From positions 54,684,001-54,748,000 of the forward strand of contig NC_043007.1 in NCBI RefSeq assembly GCF_006345805.1: a stretch of DNA of 64,000 bases, given 5' to 3'. The translations under genes were made by a program, and so were the position numbers. Positions 39,450 through 53,738 of the stretch are shown here, one piece after another; the first letter of the stretch is position 1, and each line of letters starts with the position of its first letter. The notes beneath the pieces were generated by a model, which was not told where the DNA came from, did no database searches, and saw nothing but the letters and a program-made list of their open reading frames with translations. This DNA comes from Octopus sinensis. Its lineage: Eukaryota.

Positions 39450-41420
39450 AGAAGAAGGTTGTTGTTAATAAAGAAGAAATTTAACAAAAGCCAGAATGTC
39501 CAAAACTACATACTTAGGTTTAGCTTTAAACACACAGTGAGGGTCAGTATAAACTGTCTATAAGGAATGCTTGTCTGCATCATTGCATACAAGAACACAA
39601 GTCCAAGTAGAACAAAAGTTTAAATTGACTGTGATCTTGTTATTAATGGTGGTAATTCTACTAAGTAATTTCAGAACCAATGAACATGGTTGGATCATAT
39701 TGTTGATAGCTACTATCATTTGACCAGCAGTGTAAGTGGTGAACCATACAGTAATTCTGCCAGGGGGTTACCTAGGTCCTCTTTAACAGCTGAACAAAAA
39801 CTTAATAAAGTGATCAACAAGACTTCTAACCATCTCTGAATTGGAATGTGCTCACTAAGCTGTTTTAAGTTGTTAATAAAAATGGTTTATCATTCTGTTA
39901 GACATAGAGTGATAAGCTGTAGTACAAATTAGATGCATACCTAGCAGGTTAGATAGATTAACAAAAAGACTGAATTCAAACTGACAACCTCTGTTGTTCA
40001 TTATGGTTAAAGGAGTTCGAAAACATGAAATCCACTCAGCCAACAGTAAGGGATAAAATGTCCTTAATTGGTATAGTTTCAGGCCATCTGGAAAAACAAT
40101 CTATGTAGATAAAAAAATACATTTTATCTTGGACTATTGGCAAAGAGCATATGATATCTATGTGGATATACTTAAAACAAACATTAAGAGTAGCAAAGGT
40201 ATTTTGATGTGGTTCTGAACCATAGCTTTTTGGCAGGGTATATAATGGTACACTCAATTACAAATCTCCTTTTGTATATTAGACCAAACAAAACAATTTG
40301 AAATTAATTTTGCTGTTGCTGAAATACTTGGATGAGATAAATTATGTAGAGTGAAGAAAACAGCCCATATATGATTCTCTGGGATGTACAGTCAATAAAA
40401 ACCAGTAGAGTCATCACATCATATAAGTGAGTCAGAAAAGTGCAATGATAATAAAAAAAAATTTAAAGAGAATGATTCTGATGTTTGAAGTAATAATTCT
40501 TCATTGTTCTTCTGATCTAATGCAATCTGTTGCAGATCAATTGTATCAGTAGTATGCAAAGCATACTTCAGAATTATAACACTTGATATAACAAATATTG
40601 TGAAATATTGTGAATTGCAAAATAAAACCAAGGCGTCTGATATCTCTAGAAGAGTACCTATCAGTTTTAGAATGCAGTGCATGTGTCAATGGCTTATGAT
40701 TGGTGTCACCTTTCTAAGAAATGTTGAAAATGCTTCACAGATAAAATAAGTGGTCAATAGTTCTATTCCAAAAGTGCTGTATCTTGTGTCTGCTGGTTGA
40801 AAGCACTTGGAAAAAAAAGTGATTGCCAGGTATTCTGAATGAATTGTTGCAATACCCTGCAGATTCCAATATCAGATGCATCTATCATAAATGGCAGTTA
40901 CAATATAGAACATTCATATGTTGATGTAGTATATCTTGACTTTCAAAGGCATAGCTTGTAAACTAGTATCAGATCGGCCAAAAGTGTAATTTAGTTAGTT
41001 TTTCTTTGATATTATTAAAAGATTGCAATTCTGCAGCATTTAATGAAATAGATTTATTCTTTTTCTTACAGTTATGTAAAACTCAGTATCACCTTACAAA
41101 TCCCACATAATCCAAAAATGGATGTCACACAATCTTTACAATCACATAACACCAAACTTGTGGTCTCCAATCTCACCAGATTTAAGAATTGTTAAAAGGG
41201 ACTAATGGACATTGCTTCACTGAAAGCCACCATTGGCCAGATGATGTCTAAATTTAGTGCAGACATGTCAATGATTCTGGTCCCACATTGAAGCAGTCAT
41301 TGAAGTTGAAGGCAGATTCATAGAATAATCTGATAAGAATAATCAAACAGGTTGATATCAAAAGAGTTAAATGAGTAGAAGATAACAGTTAAGAAATATT
41401 TCTCATTCAGTTTAAAGTGA
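39450..41420 (-). mobile_element. Decayed Gypsy-type LTR retrotransposon pol
   Basis: Integrase HIDIICSLP..IDCFSRWPETIPIKDI (40036-40257); IDLQQIALDQKNNEEL (40419-40682). LTRs not found. Confidence 0.75.
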
Positions 41421-42099
41421 CTCATGATTTAAGATAACCAATTTTATTGTAATAAGGCTGAGCCAAAGGCTGGTAGTTAACCAAGGACTAGAGAAAGTGT
41501 GAAATATGAACAGTTATCCATGGTTACTAAAGACAGCTTAGAAAGCAAGGCATCATGTGATCTCTAAAAATAGCTGAAAATGGCGCACAAACATCATATC
41601 ACTTATTGATTAAAATATCACATCACATGATTGGTGAGACTAAAATGTCATCTGTTCTTCAACTGAGAGTGGGGAAGAGAGAAAGACGTGTTGTTGAAAT
41701 TAGTTAATTACAAAAACAAATTGTAGAAAATGTTTAGTTAATAAAGAGTGGAGGCAAAGACCAGAGAAACATGCTAGAAGGTGATTATAGAGGGAGCAAG
41801 TTAGAAATTGGTTGACAGGAGGGAGAGAGAGAGTTCACTTCAGAGATGTGCTCAAAGCCAATTTCTGCATGTCTGTCTCTTCAATAGCACTATATGACCT
41901 GCACTTTTATATGAAATTCAGACATGAGTTACTACAAAGAAAGAAGAACAATGACTGGCTTTGACACAGTGCTAGAAAGTTCATTGTGGGAACGTATTTG
42001 ACACACAGTAATTCAAGAACAGGGGTGGACATGCCAGCCACAAGATTCACATACAACAGGCAGTCATGGTATCTATGATAATAGAGGAGCCCACTGGGA

Positions 42100-43400
42100 A
42101 GACATTAGGAAAAATTCAAATCCAAATGGAAGAGAATTGCACAATCAAGGGAAAAATGGAAGTGCATTGTGGCCAGTGATGTATATAGGATATTAGAAAA
42201 GTTTGGGTGGTAGAGTGATAAATACTTGTTACAAAGATATAGTCTTCTGAATGTGGATTGTCTTCGTCTTTCACTATCTTTACCTTTTGTTTCTTTTTTC
42301 TCCTCTCTCACTTGATTAGCATTTTTTCCAGCCCAGCTTCAGCCATTGGTTCCATGTAATTTTTCTTTCTAGTTCTGCTTTTATTCATCTCATATCACAG
42401 AGTGATCCTCTTGCACTTTTCCTTCTCACTTTTCATATAAATTTTCCTTCAATCCTTTATTTGGATTGCGACCTATATTGCAACTACATTGTAGCTAAAG
42501 CAATATTTTCTTTCTTCCTCATTCTCAAATAAAAGCCAAGAACTTGGAATATTAGATTCTTATTGCTCATGATATCTCCTATGACAGAACTATGTCCAGA
42601 AACATTGTGATCTCTTGGAAGTGAATATGGTCTCATGACCCATCCACTACTTTGGCCAATTTACCTCTCCAAAATGTAGTGGTGATTTGAAACCAAACTG
42701 CTTGGTAAGCAGTCATGCATCACACCGAACCACAGTAGTTTCACATGATAGATCTGTTGAGTAACCAATCAGTGTCAAGTCACTGTGTGATTCAATCTTC
42801 TATAATTTTCTTCTTGTACTCTATAAAAAGAAAAGCCATTTTGGTACTGACACTATTTGCAGAGTGTTGAGAGAGGCCAACTCATTCACATGTCTCACCT
42901 TTTGCCAGTTGAGGCATCCGCACAATGTCTCCATCCTTGCTACAACCATCTATTTTAACAAGACGGTTAAGAAAAATGGCAGACAGATAACAAGAATCTT
43001 CATTGCCATGAATAAAGCATAATTGTTTCCAGTTATGATGAGACAGCCACATGTTGCTGTGTCAGTAGTTTGTTGTACACATCAAGCAGTATATTTCTCC
43101 CAATTTGTAATTATTGCAGCTGCTATTTGTAGAAGACCAACACAGTTTGACTCTATTTGCAATAGTAAAATCTAATAAATGTACGTGGGTGTTGTTCAGT
43201 TACTTCATGCAGCCCCAAAAATACATTTTCATTCATCAACTTCGCCAGCTATCACTATAGACCAGCCAACAATACAACAACCCAAGCGACAGTGTAAATT
43301 ACTCAAATTGAAAGTGAAACCAATTGTTACTTTCATAGATAAATGCTATCTAAACTTTTCTGGCCAATTCATATTGTAGCCACTGTACTTTTAGATCATC
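42100..43400 (-). mobile_element. Possible ancient hAT transposase remnant
   Basis: Weak motifs: CFIHGNEDSC (HCIIH..LC-like) near 43000 and SERRRQSTFRRL..SLATM (dimerisation-like) at 42105-42311. Confidence 0.35.
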
Positions 43401-44118
43401 CTCTTCCACTGTTAATTTGGATTTCTGCATAACAGAAGCTATGTACAGCATTTAGGGATCCTCCGGGCATGGTTGTTGACCAGCCTGAAATGTTTTACCA
43501 GTTGACAATTGAGAAGACGTAGATATGAAAACGTTGAAGAGAAATGAATATTTTAATGCCCACCTCAACAGCTATTATATGGGCTCTACATACAGTCCAT
43601 TACGCAAGTTGTATTCACTGAAAGTTGTTGATGAAGTAACAAATGTTCGCAAACATCGTCAGTTACTTCATTTAATGTAAGCATGGCTGCGCCATATGGG
43701 TCTGTAGTCAACAATGCTACAGACGCATTGTGAACAATGCAGTGGATCAATGGTCAACTATGCCCTGGGTCAGTGATCGGCGATGCATTGAATCAGTGGT
43801 CTACAATCTTGTGGGTCACTGGTCAATACAACGAGTTCTCTATTCACAGTGAGTCGCTAATTGGTTGTAATTGATGTGTTTGCGCCTTTTAGGAAATATG
43901 CTTGTGCGAACGAAGTAATTCAGTAAAAAGATATGGATTCTACTCAATAGGAAAAGCAGACAAGAAAAAAATAACATTTGTGAAAGTCATAGAAATCACT
44001 GTTAATAATAAAATAATTCCTATCAATAATAATTACGATGAAGGGAAAAAGTGAAAGCTTCGATGAAGACTGGGGGCGAGCCTACACTAGACTGACTTAT
44101 CAGAGAAAAGATATCTGA

Positions 44119-44126
44119 TGACGTCA
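44119..44126. promoter_or_regulatory. CRE/ATF-type palindrome TGACGTCA in a locally CpG-enriched promoter-like region
   Basis: Perfect TGACGTCA 164 nt upstream of the ATG at 44290; CpG is visibly more frequent around 43.5-45.7 kb than in the flanks. Confidence 0.45.
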
Positions 44127-44289
44127 AAGAATGTAGGCGGCAATCACCGAAATTGTCAAAAGCATTCATCATGTCTTAAGCAGTAATCCACTCTGCAGCT
44201 TGTATCGTATTTTTGTCATTTATTATCTACTCTTATTAATAATTGGGTGTTGCGATTGTTTATCCAACCGAACGATCTAAACACGGAGA

Positions 44290-44346
44290 ATGGCGTGGAG
44301 TTATCTAACAATTTTATTTGTTTTTATCGGCAGTTTGGTTTTTGCG
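44290..44346 (+). CDS. First coding exon of an unidentified secretory-pathway protein (signal peptide only)
   Basis: GAGAATGGCG start context; MAWSYLTILFVFIGSLVFA (hydrophobic core, V-F-A cleavage motif) ends at a perfect GCG|GTAAGT donor, phase 0. Next exon not identified in the window. Confidence 0.72.
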
Positions 44347-44629
44347 GTAAGTCAATTTTCAACGTTACAAATAAAAGCGAAAACAACTTTATTTGTAACA
44401 TTTAAAAAAAATCTTGAGTCAGCATTTAAAACTAACAATGAAAGTGATAAATAGGAAAAAAGAATTAACAGATTCAATGTTATGTATCTCACAGAAGTTG
44501 TTTTATATATATTTGAAAAAAAAATTACTCAGTCACTTCTCAAGTTTTTGTTTTATGACAGCTGGTACTTAGGCATATTTTTCTGAGATGAAAGAACAGT
44601 AAATTAAAAGGGATGTTTCAGTATTTGGT

Positions 44630-44790
44630 AGAATCGTTAAGAGCGGCGGGAAAATTCCTCGCTGTATTTGTTGCGGCTCTTTACAATTCTGAGTTAAAAT
44701 TCCACAAAGGCCAGCTTCACCTTTCGTTTCCGGGGAGGTGGGTGTCAATAAAATAAAGAAGCAGGTATTGACTTGTCCTTTTTTGCATGT
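44630..44790 (+). mobile_element. Degenerate SINE, a further family
   Basis: GGTAGAATCGTTAAGAGCGGCGGG..TTCTGAGTTAAAATTCC..GTCAATAAAATAAAG resembles a tRNA-headed octopus SINE. Confidence 0.65.
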
Positions 44791-45105
44791 GTTTAATTTC
44801 ACAATTTATACTTCTCTCGGAATTGCATGTTTTATTTCTGTTAGAAATAATGATTTTGCTCTTTGGGAGAATAAAGAAATAACAACAATGAGTTTAGTTT
44901 CATAACAAAACTGCTGAGTTTCATACAACAACCAGTCCTTTATTTTTTTTCGCTTCTTTCTGTGACAAAACAAGAAAACTTGATAGGCGACATCGAACGT
45001 TTGAACATCGCTAAATGCTACAGCATTGATGTTTGTATGGTTTTAACTTCTGATAATATTTTAAATTATTAAATGTTACATTTTATTATTGGCATTCCTT
45101 CGATA

Positions 45106-45335
45106 TAACTCGACAAAATCAAAACATTTCACTTCGGATATTTCCGTAGGTTATGTCAGCAATGTCTCATTTTAAACTTAAAGCCTTGCATATTTGCTCT
45201 TACTTGGGTAAATTACCCTTACTTGTTTCATGTGTGTATGTAAAATCCGCAAATTTCCAAGCAGAAAACAGAATCGAACTGTCATTTGCTTCCCCGGAAA
45301 TACCCGAAGTGAAATGTTTTGATTTTGTCGAGTTA
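45106..45335. mobile_element. MITE with ~41 bp TIRs and TA target duplication
   Basis: 45104-45146 versus the reverse complement of 45295-45337: 43 nt including the flanking TA, 1 mismatch. Confidence 0.88.
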
Positions 45336-45815
45336 TACTAGTGTTGTTAAAGTTATTGTTGTTCCCCGCCAGATTATCGTCGCGTTATTATTGCTTCCTG
45401 TTCCTTATTCATTCATTCACCGTATATTTTTGCCTGTCTTCTTTTCCGTGGAATTTACATAAACTCACCGACTTTGTCGAAAGTTATTAATTTCACACTA
45501 ATTACTCTTGTTTCGTTAATATGTTTTTTTCTTTGTGTCCTTTACCAACTGAAAGTTGTATTGTTTGATTGGAAAACAGATATGCAGGAATATTTGTCTT
45601 TCGATCATGGACTAGCGTCACAAGTATTGCTTTTGAAATAATCTGCCGAAATTTTATCAAATGTGATTTTAAATAATAACGATTCGAAAAATGTCAACAT
45701 TACTGGTTACTTGTTGATAGAATCGACTTATTATTTTATTTTGCATTTTAACTTTGATAATATTTTATAATTTCTCAAGTTTAGATATAGTTTTAGCAGT
45801 CTGTGAACTAATTTA

Positions 45816-48099
45816 AATGTTTTGCCTGTAAAATATTAGCCATACAGTGATTTAAAAGATATAGAGTGACTTTACTCTTCCTCAAAGGTTTTGCTTATGC
45901 TGAAAAACTTTGATTAATGAGATTATCTGAGCAATTCATAGGCAAAAACACCCTATAGCACTGTTCGAAATCTAAAAACAAGAAGTAAGGGAGATAATTT
46001 TAATGAGCTCAGTCTCAACCGGAATTTTTTGTTAATTACTGCAATATAGATGTGAGTGGATCTTAAATCTATCCCTTGCAGATCCCCTCAGTGCCAGTTG
46101 GACACTTTGTAAAATGGAAGCTCTTTCAATTAACCATCTTCGATTTTAAACCTAATTATAAAAGTTCAACTGATTCCTCTAAGTACATCTCAGCAATTGG
46201 TGCCTCCTCGAAACTTGAGTGTCTAGACTTTAAGACATGAACACCTGAATGTGAAATCATTTGCGAAAAATTCAAGGTCATTTCCCAAACTAAAATAGGC
46301 AAATATATTAAATATAACTTGTCCAATGTTATTTAACACTAACAACAACATACGAAAATTACTTACTTACTAGCCTGTAATAAAAAAAAAAATCAATATC
46401 AATACAAATTATCGTTTCATACCTTACTTGAATATTCAAATGACTTTATTAATGGTATGTTGCATCTCTATAATTAAAAATGACAAGGTGTTTGTGGTAT
46501 GGTTGTTATGTGTCATGTTTACTATATTACATACTAACAGAGATACTCAGCGTTGCTCGAGTTTAAAATGGTATACTTCGTGTGTGTGGGTATATAGGTA
46601 TATATATATATAATATAATATATTAGATATATGTATATATATATATATGTATTATATTATATATATATATATGTATATATAGATATATGTAATTATATAT
46701 AGATATATGGATTTGATATATATATATATGTATATTATATATATATATATATGTATATTATAATATAGATATATGTATATTATATATATTATTAGATGGA
46801 TATTATATATATTATATAATGTATATTATATATATAGTATATTATATAATATATATGTATATTATATATATATATATATGATATTATATAGATATATATA
46901 TGTATAGTATAATATATATATATATATGTATATTATATATATGTTATATTATATATATATCTATATATGTATATTATATATATGTATATTATATATATAT
47001 ATATATGTATATATATGATAGTATGTATATATATTATGATAGATATATAGTATGTTATATTTAGATATATATATATATATATAGATATGTATATAATATA
47101 TATATATATATATGATGTATATTATATTATATATATATATGAGGTAAGTATATATATATATATATATATATGTAGGTATATATATTATATTAGATATATA
47201 TATATATATATGTATGTATATTATATATATAGATATATAGATATATATATATGTACGTATATTATAGATATAATATATATATAATAGATAGTATATATAT
47301 ATATATAATATATATATATATATGTAATTATATAGATATATATAATAATGTATATTAGAGAGATATATTATATATATATATTAATATGTATATGATATAG
47401 ATATGTATATTATATGATATATATATATATATAAGGTATATTATATATTAGATATATTATATAGATATATATAGGTATATATATATATGAATATATATAT
47501 TAAGATAGGTATAGTATGATATATATATATATGAATATCGTTATTATGATATGATATATATAAGAGATATATATATGTATAGTAGCTATATAGATATATA
47601 TAGTATATAGGAGATTATAATATATATATATAGATATATATCTAGATGTATATTATTATATATAGATATATATTATAGAGGTAGGGATAGTAGAGATATA
47701 TATAGAGATATATATGTATGTATATTATAGATATATAGATATATATATATATTATATATATATATAGATATATATATATAGATAATGTATATTATATATA
47801 TAGAGATATAATATGTATATATAGTATAGGTATATTTATAATATATATATGATGTATGTATATTCATATATGTATATATATATATGTATATTATATATAG
47901 AGTATAGAGAGGGATGTATATTATATATATATATAGTATGTATGTATATTATAGAGATATATATAGATGTATGTATATTATATATATATATATATATAGG
48001 TATGTATAGGGATATATATATAGATATAGTATGTATAGATCTATATATATAGATATATATGTATGTATAGTATAATTATATATATATATGTAGGTATAT

Positions 48100-48130
<31 letters not shown>

Positions 48131-48317
48131 TATTATTATATATATATATCTATTATGTATGTAATTATATATATATATATATATATATAATAATACATAC
48201 ATATATAGTATATATATATAATATACATACATATATATATAGTATATATAATATACATATATATAGACATTATAAATATACAAATATATATATATATTAT
48301 ATAATATAACTTATATA

Positions 48318-48366
<49 letters not shown>

Positions 48367-48407
48367 ATAATATACATACATATATATAATATATATATAT
48401 AATATAC

Positions 48408-48438
<31 letters not shown>

Positions 48439-48619
48439 ATATACATATATATATATAGATATATATAATATATATCTATATATATATATATATATATATA
48501 ATATACATATATATATATATATATTATATATATAATATACATTTATTATATATATATATATATATATATTAATTACATATTATATATTATATATATATAT
48601 ATATATAATATACGTACAT

Positions 48620-48663
<44 letters not shown>

Positions 48664-48666
48664 CCT

Positions 48667-48700
<34 letters not shown>

Positions 48701-49566
48701 CATACATATATAATATATATAATAATATAAATACATATAATATATATATATAATATACATACATAATATATATATATAATATAATATATATATAATGTTT
48801 TGCCTGTAAAATATTAGCCATACAGTGATTTAAAAGATATAGAAGTGACTTTACTCTTCCTCAAAGGTTTTGCTTATGCTGAAAAACTTTGATTAATGAG
48901 ATTATCTGAGCAATCATAGGCAAAAAACACCCTATAGCACTGTTCGAAATCTAAAAACAAGAAGTAAGGGGATTAATTTTAATGAGCTCAGTCTCAACCG
49001 GAATTTGTTTTGTATTACTGCAATATAGATGTGAGTGGATCTTAAATCTATCTTGCAGATCCCCTCAGTGCCAGTTGGACACTTTGTAAAATGGAAGCTC
49101 TTTCAAGTAACCATCTTCGATTTTAACACCTAATTAAAAAGTTCAACTGATTCCTCTAAGTACATCTCAGCAATTGTTGCCTCCTCGAAACTTGAGTGTC
49201 TAGACTTTAAGACATGAACCCTGAATGTGAAATCATTTGCGAAAAATTCAAGGTCATGTCCCAAACTAAAATAGGCAAATATATTAAATATAACTTGTCA
49301 ATGTTATTTAACAACTAACAACAACATACGAAAATAATTACTTACTAGCCTGTATAAAAAAAAAAATCAATATCAATACAAATTATCGTTTCATACCTTA
49401 CTTGATATTCAAATGACTTTATTAATGGTATGTTGCATCTCTATAATTAAAAATGACAAGGGTTGTGGTATGGTGTTATGTGTCATGTTTACTATATTAC
49501 ATATAACAGAGATACTCAGCGTTGCTCGAGTTTAAAATGGTATATACTTCGTGTGTGTGGGTATAT
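45816..49566 (+). repeat. Direct duplication of ~775 bp (45816-46592 repeated at 48794-49566)
   Basis: Near-identical copies differing mostly by 1-2 nt indels, separated by (TA)n; possibly an assembly artefact. Confidence 0.9.
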
Positions 49567-49597
49567 ATGATATATTATATTATATATAATATATATG

Positions 49598-49629
<32 letters not shown>

Positions 49630-50240
49630 GATATGTATATTATATATATAATATATGTATATTATATATATATATAGGTATATTATTATATATATATATG
49701 TATATATTATATATATTATATGTATAATTAATATATATATATATATATGTATATTATATATATATATATATGTATATTATATATATATATGTATATGCAT
49801 ATTAGATATATATGTATATTATAAGATAATATTATGTCTATTATAGATATATATATATATGTATTATTATATAATAGGTATAGTTATATATATATATATA
49901 TTGTATATTATAATATGTATATTATATATATTATATATATGTATATTTAGATATGTATATATATTAATAATATAGATATATAATTATGTATGTATATTAT
50001 TATATTAATATATATATATGTATGTATATTATATATAATTATATTATATATGTAGTTATATTATATATATATATATATATGTATGTATATTATATATATA
50101 TAATATATGTATGTATCCTATAGTATATATATATATATATAGGTATGTATATTATATATAGATTATATTATATATATAGGGATGGTATATTATATATATA
50201 TATATATATATATGATATATATATATTATATATTGTAACG

Positions 50241-50285
<45 letters not shown>

Positions 50286-50568
50286 AGATAATATATAATA
50301 TATATTATATATATATGTATATTATATATATATATTATATTATATATATATGTATATTATATATATATATATATATATAGATATATATATGTATATTATA
50401 TATATAATATATAGATATAGTAATGATATTATATATATATATATAGATATGTATATATATGTATATTGATATATATATATATATATTATATATATATGGT
50501 ATATATTATATATATATATATTATATATATATATATGTATATTATATAGATATATAATATATGTATAG

Positions 50569-50603
<35 letters not shown>

Positions 50604-50723
50604 TGTATAGTATTATATATATATATATATATGTCATTATATATATATATTATATATATATATATCGTATATATATATATATGTATATTATATATATTAA
50701 TATATATATAATATATATGTATA

Positions 50724-50761
<38 letters not shown>

Positions 50762-50828
50762 TATATATATATATATATATATTATATGTATGTATATTAT
50801 ATATATATTATATATATATATATGTATG

Positions 50829-50911
<83 letters not shown>

Positions 50912-51060
50912 TATATTATATATATATATATATATGTATGTATATTATATATATGTATATATATATATGTATATTATATATATATATATATATGTATGTA
51001 TATTATATATATATATATATATGTATGTATATTATATATATATATATATAGTATGTATAT

Positions 51061-51124
<64 letters not shown>

Positions 51125-51861
51125 ATTATATATATATATATATATATAGTATGTATATTATATATATAGATATATATGTATGTATATTATATAATATAAT
51201 ATATATATATGTATTATATATTATATATTATTATATATATGTATGTATAATTATATATATAATATATGATATATGTAGGTATATATATAATATTATATAT
51301 ATATATGTATGTATATTATATATATATTATATATATATGTATGTATATATATAATATATATATATATATGTAGTTATTATAATAATATATATATGTATGT
51401 GTATTATATATATTATATAGATATATGTATGTATATTATGTATATGAATATATATTATGTATATGTATATATATATATATATATATATGTATGGATATTA
51501 TATATTATATATATATATGATATAGATATATGATATATATATATATATATGTAGATATATATATAGATCTTATATATATATGTATGTATATTATATATAT
51601 ATATATGTATGATATATGTATATTATATATATATATATATATATATGTATTATATTATATATATATATATAGTATATATATATATATGTATGTATATAAT
51701 ATATAATATAGTATGTATATATGTATATTATATATATAATATATATGTAGTATATATGTATGTATATTATATATATTATATATGTATGTATATTATATAT
51801 ATATAAGATATATTATATTTATATGTATGTATATTCTATATATTATATATATATATGTATG

Positions 51862-51901
<40 letters not shown>

Positions 51902-51992
51902 TATAGATATATGTATTATATGTATATATATATATATATATGTATGTATATTATATATATATATAATATATATATTATATATGTATGTATAT

Positions 51993-52023
<31 letters not shown>

Positions 52024-52069
52024 ATTATATATATATATATATTATATATGTATGTATATTATTATATAT

Positions 52070-52232
52070 CATCATCATCATCATCATCATTTAACGTCCG
52101 CTTCCATGCTAGCATGGGTTGGACGGTTCAACTGGGGTCTGGGGAGCCCGAAAGCTGCACCAGTCCAGTCAGATCTGGCAGTGTTTCTACAGCTGGATGC
52201 CTTCCTAACGCCAACCACTCCGAGAGTGTAGT
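52070..52232 (-). mobile_element. RTE/RTEX LINE 3' tail inserted in (TA)n
   Basis: (CAT)7 followed by TTAACGTCCGCTTCCATGCTAGCATGGGTTGGACG. Confidence 0.92.
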
Positions 52233-52255
52233 ATATATATATGTATGTATATTAT

Positions 52256-52286
<31 letters not shown>

Positions 52287-52466
52287 TATATTATATTATA
52301 TATATTATATATATATATAATATGTATGTATGTTATATATAATATATATATGTATGTATGTTATATATATATATATATGTATGTATATATATATATATAT
52401 ATATAGTATGTATTATATATATATATATTATATGTATGTAATATTAATATATATATATATATATAT

Positions 52467-53420
52467 GGCATAGTTCGGTTGTAGTAGCAACAGATTTCCG
52501 TCGATTTCCGTAAAAAACTTTTATTTTTTACATAAGTAATGAGAGCGAAAGAGACTAAGAGGAAGCGATTTTACGACGAGAAGGTTTCTCTTTGAAGTCG
52601 GCCTGTGGTGTTTGATGGGGGTGGGAGACAGACAGTATGGTGTGTAAGTGAAGTGCTTTTGTAGTGTGCGAAGAGACAGACATACATATACACATACACC
52701 GAGTAAAAAATTACGATGAATCGGCCAAACATACATACATACACCACACACACATACATAGATACATACACACACACACATACATACATACATACATACA
52801 CCACACACATACTTACACAACACACACACACATAGATACATACACACACACACATACATGCAGACATACATATACACATACACCGAGTAAAAAATTACAC
52901 TGAATCGACCATACATACATACACACATACATACATACACACACACACATACACAGATACAACACACACACATACATGCAGACATACATATACACATACA
53001 CGAGATAAAAAATTACGATGAATCGGCCATACATACATACACACACACATACTTACACACACACACATCATAGATACATACACACACACAAACATACATG
53101 CATACATACATATACACATACACCGAGTAAAAAATCAGTTATCTCTCTCTTTCACACATTACTCTCTCTGTCTCTTCGCACACACTAACAGAAGCACTTC
53201 ACTTACACAACATACTGTCTCCCAACACCCCATCAAAACACACACACACACACCATGTACATCAATGCTTCCCCTAGACGGTAACTTCAAAGACAAAAAA
53301 TTCCCTCGTCATAAAATTGCTTCCTCTTAGTCTCTTTCGCTCTCATTACTTATGTAAAAAAATAAAAGTTCTTTTACGGAAATCGACGGAAATCTGAGCT
53401 ACGACATGCGAAACTTCGCC
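52467..53420. mobile_element. Non-autonomous TIR element (954 bp) in (TA)n
   Basis: Imperfect ~135 bp TIRs (core CAGATTTCCGTCGATTTCCGTAAAA..TACATAAGTAATGAGAGCGAAAGAGACTAAGAGGAAGC); ends AT|GGC...GCC|AT; four internal CACCGAGTAAAAAAT-type sub-repeats separated by CA-rich spacers. Confidence 0.88.
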
Positions 53421-53640
53421 ATATATATAATGTATGTATATTTATATATATATTATGATGTATATTATATATCTATATATATTATGTATGTATTATATAT
53501 ATATATATATGTATGTATATTATATATATATAATATATATATATAGGTATGTATATTATATATATATATATATATGTATGTATATATATATATATATATA
53601 TGTATGGATATTATATTATATTATATATATGTATGTATAT

Positions 53641-53708
<68 letters not shown>

Positions 53709-53738
53709 ATTATATATATATATATATGTATGTATTAG

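Noticed and set aside
44115-44160. CTGATGA..GAAATTGTC hammerhead-like string
   Set aside because: No stem I or stem II complementarity; the CTGATGA overlaps the TGACGTCA motif.
45150-45341. Possible exon 2 or ORF MSAMSHFKLK..
   Set aside because: Lies inside a MITE, and the apparent acceptor overlaps the TIR end.
52690-53140. Repeat-spacer pattern resembling a CRISPR array
   Set aside because: Eukaryotic context, spacers are CA microsatellite, and it is internal to a TIR element.
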